Source of the DNA: Hyphochytrium catenoides
Lineage: Eukaryota > Protista > Hyphochytriomycota
Assembly (NCBI GenBank): GCA_900088475.1
Contig: FLMG01003187.1
Coordinates: 1-53,065, forward strand
Reading direction: 5' to 3'
DNA: 53,065 nucleotides
Below are positions 33,845 through 43,600 of the stretch, in pieces. The translations under genes and the position numbers were made by a program. Each line of letters starts with the position of its first letter. Within the stretch, counting starts at the first letter, position 1. The notes under the pieces are model-generated. The model was not told the origin of the DNA. It saw only the letters and a program-made list of their open reading frames with translations, and ran no database searches.

Positions 33845-34704
33845 GTTATCCTTACTTTTGGAAGGTGGTGCTAGGCGATCCGGTACTTCTTTCTGGCAGG
33901 TTGTGGCTCAAATGAGTCAAAATGGGAAGTGAACGACGCCTACATGCAGCATGGCAGCAGAGTCTTCAGTAGACAGTAGCGGGCATTATCAGCGTAGTCC
34001 TTCAGCAGACTCGTGGCGTGGTGTTCCTATCTGGACCAAGGTGTGGAAGGACATCTTCCGTATGAAGGAGAGATAATAAGTCGACTCAAGGTGGAAGAAA
34101 AAGAGCAAGGACAGGAGGAGGACACGCAGCTGCTTCCTTCCTTCATCTGCTAGTTCAAAAGGACAGATGGGAATTATTGGGGACTGAGAAACCCCACATC
34201 CTCCACCAGGAAGAGCGCAGCCAACAAGCAACCACCAGGAACGTGGCGTACTACGAAGGCCTCACAGGCTGCTAATGCGAGTAGAGGCCCGGCCACCAGG
34301 AGAGCCAAGCAGAGAGGAGATCAGGCGCAGGAGGCCGAGGACGATGAAACTCTCCCTCCTACTATGGACAGGAGTCAACAACTTGTCTCGAGAAACTCTT
34401 CCCTAGTTCTGCTTGGACAGAAAAGGAAATCTTCTTCTCCTCCTCCTTCCTGCTGGCAGTACAGAGAGTCGACACCTCCTTCTCTTCTTCTCTTCCCTGC
34501 CTTTCCCTGCCCCTGTTCCCGATGCTTTGTCCCTGCTGCTGCTGTCGTTGGAGGAGGTTCCCCGTTCTTCTCTCAGGCCAGACAGAATAGACCGGCCGAC
34601 GGGCGATAGACAGGAAGAACGAGGGTTATGTGGCCGCCTCTCCATACTGTTGTTTCCTTCTCTTCCTTCCTTCCTCCCTTGGCGTCTTGCAGAGAAGAAT
34701 GTCT

Positions 34705-35145
34705 TGCGGTCAGGTGAGCTCCTTGCAACCAGTCTCAGGTCATATTCTTTTATTTCTTCGGATTTGTTGTAGACTACTGTTTTATACAAGGAGAAGATGT
34801 GAAAAAATGTACAACGACCAAGAAGAACAAGAGCAAAAACTACTAGTAGGCCAGAAAAAAAGAAAGGAAACGAGGAAGAAAGCAGCTCCATCAGCACCCG
34901 ATCACCAAGGGCGGCGGCCGGGGAGGATGTTGGGCAGGAAGCGAGAGCTGCGGGGACACTGAGGAGGACGCGGGGAGATCATCGTCCTCACCATAAATCT
35001 AAATAAAAAAAGAAGTGGCGCCTGCCTGCTGGTCTACTAAAGGGATAGTCGTGCCTATCGCGCTCAGCTGCCACCGTTCGATCGGCTTGGGCTGCACACA
35101 TGATGTTGATACAGCGAGCCACAGAGGCCGACCCTCGCTCCACCA
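34705..35145 (-). mobile_element. Second, inverted and internally deleted copy of the family A retroelement fragment
   Basis: CTCAGCTGCCACCGTTCGATCGGCTTGGGCTG (about 35064) and GGCCGGGGAGGAT...GAGCTGCGGGGACAC (about 34916-34959) match reverse complements at about 32303-32334 and 32640-32684. Confidence 0.6.
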
Positions 35146-35286
35146 TTCGGTACAAAGCAAAGCAGTGACTGGTAGTAGACTACTGATTGCTGAAGATATG
35201 AAAATGTGGACTCCGTACTTTATTGTTCCGTACAACAATGGCCTCTTTATCTTGGAAGAAGATAGTGGTAATAGCTACTACTACGA

Positions 35287-35412
35287 TAAGAAGAAACTAA
35301 GAAGAAGAAAAAGAGGAAGGAGAAGGAGAAGATGATGAAGAAGAAGAAAAAGAGGAAGGAGCAGAAAAAGAGGAAGGAGAAGAAAGAGAACAAAGAAGAA
35401 GAAGAAGCGGAA
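35287..35412. repeat. GAA/GGA-rich purine tract
   Basis: Repeated AGAAGAAAAAGAGGAAGGAG units. Confidence 0.85.
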
Positions 35413-35414
35413 GA

Positions 35415-36050
35415 CAAGACGAGAGCTACAGAGTCCTAGACTTTTGATCAACACATTCTCCCGCACCACCCTCATTTATTATCGGAAGGGGAAGAAGAAG
35501 AATCAAATTTGAACTCTTGGACAATAACCGGAAGAGGAGAAGAAGAGGCCGAGACCACCGTCAACACGCTCAATCATCATGCAGCCAGGAGCGGGGTCCA
35601 AACGCTGAAGAGGATTACGCTTCAGAATCTGTAGCGCATTCTCTTCATGGATTGCGAGGGGATTCTGGTATGAGGAGTCACTGCCTTTGCCAACCAAGGC
35701 CAATGATGTCGAGAAACCTCAAGAAAGAAGCGCGGCACGATCACACTGAAGCTTTACCAGCTGTTGGACAGAGTCCAGGACGTGGGGCATGGCACCACCA
35801 AAAGACTCCCAGAAGACTAGCGGCACAAAGTGCAGCCACACAGCATGACACGGACCATTCTCAGACAAGCGACCTTGATAGCCAGCATGGATTGCTGCAT
35901 AGAGAAGGGGTTCTGGACTGCAGCGAATCGATCCATGAAGGACACATCAAAGGACGAGTAGTGATAGAAAGTTGAGAGGCCACGGTCCACCAAAACTCCA
36001 GGCTTCTGATGATTGGAGCCCCGGGAGAAGGTGGCGAGGTTCGTGGGAAC
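35415..36050 (-). mobile_element. Decayed RLE domain plus 3' UTR of a CRE-like non-LTR retrotransposon, family B
   Basis: Minus translation gives HEPRHLLPG/SNHQKPGVLV...FDVSF...GPCHAVWLHFVPLVFWESFGG...VKLQCDR...LAIHEENALQILKR. This fits the EP.L.PG..RPD...DV...C...F.PL..E..GG...AI...NA..IL.R pattern. Confidence 0.65.
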
Positions 36051-36663
36051 CTCTTTTATCTAATAAATAGCTACACTACTTAAGAAAAGGAAGATGAGGA
36101 GAAGAGAAAGAGAAGAATGAGAAGAAAAGGGGAACAGTAGCTTGTGATTCAAGTTAATATATAGGCTACTGCTACTATCTTTCAGAACAAAGAAGAAAAA
36201 AGGGAAGAAGAAAGGCGACAAGAGAGGAAGAAGGTGGAGACAGCGGAGAGAAGAAGAAAAAGACGGAGAGGAGAAGAAGAAGAGACAACAAGAGCCACAA
36301 GACTTTGGTCTTGTCGATCAGCCCTATCTGCCCCACACTGGGTCGTTCGTCAAGGAGAGCAACCACCAGCACTATTGTCCATAATGGGCACGATGATGGC
36401 CTTGCAGCAGAAAGACGACGCTTCAAGCTGTGAAGGGTTCAATGGCGCTGTGCCTCTGGGTATACGGCAGGTCCGTGGCGACGGTCTCCTTGAGTGATGC
36501 TGAGCTACGGTTCATATTCTTCCCCGGTAGTAAGTGCTTCCTCTAAAGAACGCCCCACTGAATCTCTTCTTTCTCCATTCTTATATACGGTAGATGATGG
36601 CTGTGTATAGCATCGGACTCCTGAACTTTTGTCTTCACTGTTGTCTTCCATCTAAACTCGAGT

Positions 36664-36764
36664 TGAAGCTCCTCGAAGGCCTCATCCATCGCACAGTCCG
36701 GCTTCTGTTCCTAGGTTCCATGCTCAGGCCGAGATCTGAAGCTCCTCGAAGGCCTCATCCATCG
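36664..36764. repeat. Exact 28-bp direct repeat pair with a 45-bp spacer
   Basis: TGAAGCTCCTCGAAGGCCTCATCCATCG occurs at 36664-36691 and 36737-36764. Confidence 0.9.
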
Positions 36765-37538
36765 TATGTGAATGACACCCGCAAAAAACGACATCAGTAT
36801 TGGTCAGCATAAGAAACTTCCCGCTATGAATTGGAGAGAGAGGAGAGGCCAGAAGACGGCTGATCGGCGCTATTTGAAACTTGGGGCCATGAATCACTAA
36901 CATCCAACGCTGTTCTTCGATCCAGGTTATCGGATACGCGTTCTTTGTGATGACAGAGGCGACCGATGGCATACCATCGGCCCAAGTATCAGTATCGGGA
37001 TGTTTCTCAACATATTCACCGCCATCTCGATGTCGGCTTCTTCAGTTATGCTCTGTGCAATGTTCCTCATTGTCCAGGTGAAGGCGTGAGGGTGGGAGGC
37101 GGAATATCTCATTCCATTGTCTTGAATGATCCCAGCAAACACCTTGAAAAGTGTTACCCTCACCATGAATGTGGCTGTGGACTGAGATCGCCAAAGGAGG
37201 ATATGCAAAGCTGGAGCTCTACATTGCACATGGGGCATCAAGATGGGAAGCCTGTCCTCCAGTGTTTATCCAAGCCTTTGACGGCCCTACTTGTACGCTG
37301 CTTAGTGCTATACCGACTAGGCAAATCACACTCGGATTCAATAGAAATGATGATAGACCTCCTGCTGGCAGTCTACTAAGGTTAATACTGACTAGGTTCA
37401 GTTCTTAGGCTAAGATGTGGCTGTCAACGAAGAGTGTCTCACAACTCGTACAGATGCTTTCTCGTGGACTACCATCCCACCGCCCATCAAACACCCTCCT
37501 CTTTTTCATGGTGGCCCACACTATGGCATGAGGTACAG

Positions 37539-38507
37539 TCAGGAGATAACTTTGTCCGCCATAGCTGTGACGTGTCTCACGTCAGTTCCACAGCATCCTC
37601 CCACCACGCGCAGGCTATCACCTAGAATCTCTTGTATGGAGCCATAACAATGGGCAAGCTCAAGCGGATCACCATCATCCAACTCATCACAATTGTCTAG
37701 CTCTTGATGGCTCTTCTTGCTTGCATTAGCACGTATGCACCCAATCCGCTTCCGCAGGCTAGCAGACATGGACTTCAAACTAGGTAAGAAATGACAAGGA
37801 TGAGAGCAATTGATTCCATAGTAGATGGCATAAGCATCAGTGGCGGCGTCCACCTTGGCGATTGCTTCAGCCAGGGTCATTCCAGTCTGAAGCTTTCCGT
37901 CTGTTTCCAGGGTGAAGGATACTACGACTGGAAGATGGAACTCCTGAGCGAGCTCCACGACAGCGATGGACTCGACAAGGCTTGACGTGGTCATTATGCT
38001 CACCACGTCCACTCCGGCTCTGCTAAAGGTCTCAAACTGAGAGTAGTAAAAGTTCTTTGCTGTCTCAACCGTCATCACTTCATTCCCGTCTGTCTGTTGA
38101 TAAGCATCACCCAGGGGCCCCACGTTTCCGCTGATAACAATTGTCATTCCTTTTTTCTCATAGTACTCTCCTTTGAGCTCTTGAAGTAGCTGAACAGCTG
38201 CATGGTTTAGTTTGATGATCTCTTCTTTAGAGTAGCCCATTTGCTCTCCCCAGTAGTCGCTTGCCCTCCAAGTGGGAGTCTCCAGTACGATCCCGCGCTG
38301 TAGCTTTGCAGCTAGCTGGACGTAGGGCTCGTAGACTGTACGCAATAGTTGTCTGCCTTCGTCAGTGACCAACAAAGTGAAGGCTGCGAAGTAGGGAAGG
38401 TCTTGTCCGTGATGGAATGTAAGAGTGGACTCAATGCCGCCTTCAGTTAGAAAAGGCTTCGTGGAGGCGAGCTGTGGTACGCTGTTAGGCTGACAGTCCT
38501 CCTGCAT
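37539..38507 (-). CDS. Homocysteine S-methyltransferase family protein (Hcy-binding TIM barrel), bacterial-type
   Basis: Intronless, likely ATG at 38507. Motifs: LTEGGIES.L.FH.G.DLP.FAAF, LETPTWRAS, GNVGP.GD.Y, SFTLETDG.L, GINC.HP and GGCCG (the three Zn-binding Cys). Confidence 0.92.
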   Translation of the reverse strand: MQEDCQPNSVPQLASTKPFLTEGGIESTLTFHHGQDLPYFAAFTLLVTDEGRQLLRTVYEPYVQLAAKLQRGIVLETPTWRASDYWGEQMGYSKEEIIKLNHAAVQLLQELKGEYYEKKGMTIVISGNVGPLGDAYQQTDGNEVMTVETAKNFYYSQFETFSRAGVDVVSIMTTSSLVESIAVVELAQEFHLPVVVSFTLETDGKLQTGMTLAEAIAKVDAATDAYAIYYGINCSHPCHFLPSLKSMSASLRKRIGCIRANASKKSHQELDNCDELDDGDPLELAHCYGSIQEILGDSLRVVGGCCGTDVRHVTAMADKVIS

Positions 38508-38864
38508 AGTTGCTTTGAGGTGGACGCAGATGCAGTCCGGCGGAGTGTTCACCTTGTTGTTAGTGTCTGGGTCAAATGTAGAATGAGCTGCTGCAGACGA
38601 GAGGCTGCTTGCTCAACTTGTTCTGGTGCGACCACTATCTGACATGATTGTCCCTTGAGCACGAGGAGGACAATAGAGGATCTCTTCCCCATACGATGCT
38701 CGTGCTCTTAGCTAACCTTTTTGAAAGCAGGACGGCGATGATGCACGATGGCAGGAGAACAAGTACTATTACCTAGCTGGCTAAGGAAGAAAGTGGGAAG
38801 AGAAGTGTGCAGGCATGATAAGGAAGAAACTGGGGCGATGAACTGAATGAACGCCAAGTTGTAG

Positions 38865-39175
38865 GAGGAAGAAGACGAGGAAAGGAGAGAGGAAGACAGA
38901 GAGGAGAGAATGAGAGACACAGTGAGAGATAAAGTGCGGGAGAGAAAGAGAGAGAGTGAGAGAGGGAGGGGAAGAGAGAGAGAGAGAAAGAGAGAGAAGA
39001 GAGAAAAAGAAACGGAGGAAAGAGGCAGGGAATTAGAGTGAATGCATTTGTACAAATAAAGCACAGTGAGTGTACAGGGAAGAGAGAGAGAAAAGAGAGA
39101 GAGAGAGAGAGAGAGAAAGAGGGAGAGAAAGAGAGAGAGAGAGAGAAAGAGAGAGAAAGAGAGAGAGGAGGGGAA
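38865..39175. repeat. GA-rich microsatellite
   Basis: Two (GA)n/GAAA blocks. Confidence 0.9.
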
Positions 39176-40660
39176 GTAACGAATAGGCCTATCAAGAGAC
39201 GGGAAGGAGAGGCATCACAATGAAGCACCTGACGGGGGCCGTATTGTTTCTCTTCATACAATTCGGGACTTTCTTGTTATATCCCAGGTCACCTTCATCC
39301 TTCCAATATTAACTGGTCACTCTTAATACCTCCGAATATAATAAATACGGTAGTTCATCGTTCTTTTCGGCCCTTGCCCCTCAATAGGCCCTCTTTGACA
39401 AGCATTTGAGGGTCTATCTTTTGGCCAATCCCAGGACGTTAAACGAGAAGCGAGGAGAATGGGCATCTCCCATTGGCTGTCCAAAATGCTTGTGCCTTCT
39501 CATTGGACCAAACTTTATACTGGCTATGACCAATGAGGCTTCTCTTTCTTATTTGCTATCATTTTATAGGCGGAAGGACTCCCTGAATCATTATTCCCAA
39601 AAATAGGCAGAGTCTTACGTTTTCAAGGTATTAGCTATGACATCTGTAGTGCTCGAGGTGGTTGAGAATGGGTAGGCCGGGGGCCTATAGGTTGCCGATC
39701 CGCGGGGGGTGCGGCAAAATTACCCATAGTTAATGTTCCTACAGTAGGAGCCCAGATTCTGACATTGTGGAGACTATAATTCATGTGGTGCTTCCGCCCT
39801 AACTTGGACATTGCGGGCGCTGTCTCCCTCATGTCCAAAAGTGCCAAGCGCAAGCCACTGACGAGGCTGTGAGCAGCCAGTGCATCAGCAGAAGTTTCCC
39901 ATCGCTCTAACTCTAAAAGAAGAGTCAGCGCACGCGCAAGAGCTCCTGCCTCGAGAAAGGTTGACGGGATGTCGGCGAAGATTAGGGGCTAGGGATGCAT
40001 GGTTTTTTACTCTAGTTGTTGCAGCGAGAAGCGCAAGAAAGAGCGGACCTGCTATCCTTGTATCTTGTATGGAGGACGTACAGTATGTGCGAGCGATGGT
40101 GGCGGCGCGAGATGGCCCACAGAGTTCATGGTGCCTGGCGATGTATGAGATTGGGAACCACTCATCATCAATAGATACTTGCTAGGTTGCTCTCTCTTCC
40201 TCCAAGGGCTATGCTTCTCTTTTAAGCTAGCCTATGGTATAGCTTCTTGATTGTAACTGATACGATAGCCAAAGACGGGGCATGCTTGGACCTATTTCAA
40301 GAAATGACTGGTATGGACAACTCATCGACGAAGATGTCCAATGGTCATTCACCATGATTGCTGTCCAACGGCATCCACTGTTAGGCGACAATGTGGAAAA
40401 GAGGTTACGTGGCTTCTTTGCTCCGTTGACAAAGATAACAAGATGCGAGCTCAGTCCAGCTTTGGGGCTCTGCTTATAAATTATAGCGAGTAACATTATT
40501 TAGCAGATCCGTGCCATCTATAGATCAGTTCCTTGAATGGCCTATTGTTCACGCCACGCCGCGCTCTTCTTTGTTCGTAGTGGAGCACTTGTTGGCTAGT
40601 CAAACACTCGGAAAGGATGCACGTAACTCTATATATTGTAAGCAAAGCCGCTAGCTTCCC

Positions 40661-43600
40661 TTAACCACTGTCTTCTTTCTCTTCGCGGTTGGTCTCAATC
40701 ACCGCACGGATTATCTGTCGCCATAGTCTTCGGAAGAAGAGGCGCCGCTCCTCTCCAGATAAAGCTTTCAACCTGTTCTTTATTACCTGATCGTTAAGCT
40801 TGTTCTTTCTCCTTTTGCTCTTATTCAAGCCTGTCCGTGACGTCTTCTCAACCTGACAAAAAAAGTGTTGAAGAATTTGAAAAGGCAGAGTGATTGACTC
40901 TTGGACGGCGCATAAAGGGTACCAACCTCGAGGCCAGAGAAGAGAATGAGCACTATCACGATGAAGGCCATACTGACAGTTCCCCAATCCAAGTTGCTTG
41001 ACGTGGCGAGAGAGAGGATGATATAGTAGGACGAGAGAAAGAACTGCATTATCAGCAGCAGTTCCTCCGTGAAGTTGTCGACCGGATCTATCAGAAGCAG
41101 CAGCGGTCAAAAGGATTAGACACAATCGGAGCTTCCTCAGGAAGACATCGGCGCCATCGAGAAAGACTCTACCTCGGAACGGCTTCTTTCTCAGCTGGGA
41201 AATAAGAGAGAAAAGCCATAGTACGCAGAGCATCAGCGAGCTCAACATCATGGATGTCTGTGTCTCCAGGATGACAGCAACTAGAACATTCTGCGTGATC
41301 TTCCAGAGGATCCAGTGCTCCATGTTGGGCTTGAGATAGTCAAATAGCACGTGAATATATCCATTTACTATGCACCGATCCACTGTTTCGGTAGCCGATG
41401 GTAATAGGAGATGAAGAGTCGATGTGGTCAGGGTTATCCTTAGCAAGAATGGAGGCCGTCAGGTCGCAGCTAGGATTGATAGCGACCTACCCTTGACAAA
41501 GCCAGCCACAATGACGTAGGGCCGGGCGCTGCTCACGTTGTGATCTTTCCATAGATAGCCGCAAGACATCTGAAGACCGGCAATCGCGGCACAGAGGAAT
41601 AGAAGAAAGTACGCAAAGCTCCGTCCTGATCGATAGTCGCTGCTCTCCAGAGTGATGCTGGCGTCAAGCTTCATCACCTAAACGGGAACGGCAGTCAGAA
41701 TGGGAGCAGGTCTCTTTGTTAAATAGCCAAAGCCTAGGGATAGGTCAAGAATGATGTTCTTACCTTTTGTCCCGCAATATCGCGCAGAACAATGAGCTGG
41801 AGCGCAGATCTCAAGAGAGGAAAGAGCAGGATATGGATCATGAGCTGGATGAAGATCTGAATCACCTGAAAGAAGAGGGACCACGTGTCAAAAAGTCTAG
41901 CCCTAGCGAAGACTCTGATAAGTGAAGCCTGGCCCTTACCCGTCTCTTCCAGAATCTCAGCTCCAATGCGGCTACAAGCAAGCAACGGAAAGTTAGTTTT
42001 GCTTCCTTTGTGCTCAAAGGGCGGATACGATGTTGGTCCTACCGTCACGAAGCGATGCTTTGGTCACAGTCTTCAACTTGAGTCGAGCGCTATAGAGAAG
42101 AGATCACGGATGTACAGAGAAAGAAGGTGAGAAGCTCCATTATGCTAAGCGAGAGAGAGAGAAAGAGAGAGAGAGAAAGAGAAAGAGAGAGAGAGTTAGA
42201 CAGAGAGAGAGAGAGAGATTATGACTATGGCAGATAGGAATTGATAGGACGCACTTGGTAGTCATTTCCTGAGGGAACATCAAGTCGACGACTTCGCCTA
42301 TATTGCGAAGGTGGTGGCGAGTGACAAGATAATAGTACACTCCGCTGGCAAGAGGGAACATCAGGGCCGCAAAGATCCAAAGGAGAGCTCCATCCACTAA
42401 GTGCGATACGATTGTGCCATAGCCTAAAAAGCCGCAGTTCTGGAGGATAGAGGTTGAAGAAAAAGACAATGTCAGGGGAAACGTCTGCTGCCATTGAGAA
42501 TGGAAAGAAGAGAAAAAAGTAACGTACATAGTCGCCATTATAGGCTGGAGGCAGGTCGTAGCCGAAGATCTCTAGGATACCCAGCACTGGCGTCCGACCT
42601 GAAGGAGAGGACTGTCCAAGCGCAAATTGTACTGCTCGGGATGCGATGTCAGGAGAGAAACTTTGTCAGATAAGAAGCGGAGAAGGAGATTAGCTGATGA
42701 TGCCAAAAGGGACAAGGCTGGTGGTGCTCTTGCATCCCGCGGCTTACCTTGTAAGAAGTAGATGACCAGTGTGGCCAGCCCAGAGATCTCGTTTGCATCT
42801 TGCAGCAGCGCAAGTAGAATACTGAAGAAGCCTAGCAGCGCCACTCCGACCCATAGCAAGACCTTCGCCTGTTGCTCCACACCAGTGCAGACTGGGTAGT
42901 AGTACACATACATGGCGACGGGAATTTTATCAAACAAGAGTAGGAACTAGTGCCGACACTTCTCTAGAGTGGTGACTTCAACTCACCTTCTGGCGCTTGG
43001 CATTGTGGCCCCAGCTTGACAAAGCCATCTTGGCAGCCCATGCAGAGCAGAGAGGTGTTAGTATACTCAAGGCCACAGCCGGAGACTGTTCCAAAGAGCT
43101 CTAATTCGTTCGGCTGCCGCTGCCCTGAACAAGAGCTTATGTTAGAAAGAATCCTGCAAGGTCGGAGCGCTATTCCATCGGGAGATAGACCGGTACCTGG
43201 GCAGAACTCGAGGCCACACTCGTAAGTGTTGGCAGTTAAGATCCGATCGGCGGCATTGGTCACAGCGTCTGACGTGGTGAGGGACCAGAGCTCCGCTTTT
43301 AAGAGCTGTTAAGCGGCAAAGCGGTCGTTACTTTCCCTTTCTTGAGCGGCATCACTGGTGGGCACAGGCTCACCTCTTTCTCAATAGATTTATGGTCAAC
43401 CCAATAGCCGGGCCGAGCGAAGAAGCGATCTTGCCCCTCACACCGTAGCATGTCGTTGACGGAGAAGCACGCAACGCACGTCAATCCGTCGATGCCAAAG
43501 AATCCTGAGAAGGCAGGATAAGCCCAGAGAAGAGAAAGAATGGCTTAGCCTTATAGAGAATAGGACATCCTCAAGTCTTAATCACTAACCAGCTCTCATC

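Noticed and set aside
32252-35145. DNA transposon TIRs (Pack-MULE-like) capturing the micro-gene
   Set aside because: The arms translate to RLE retroelement tails, differ by a large internal indel, and I found no target-site duplication.
36664-36764. CRISPR array (28-bp repeat, 45-bp spacer)
   Set aside because: Only two repeats, no cas genes, and a eukaryotic context.
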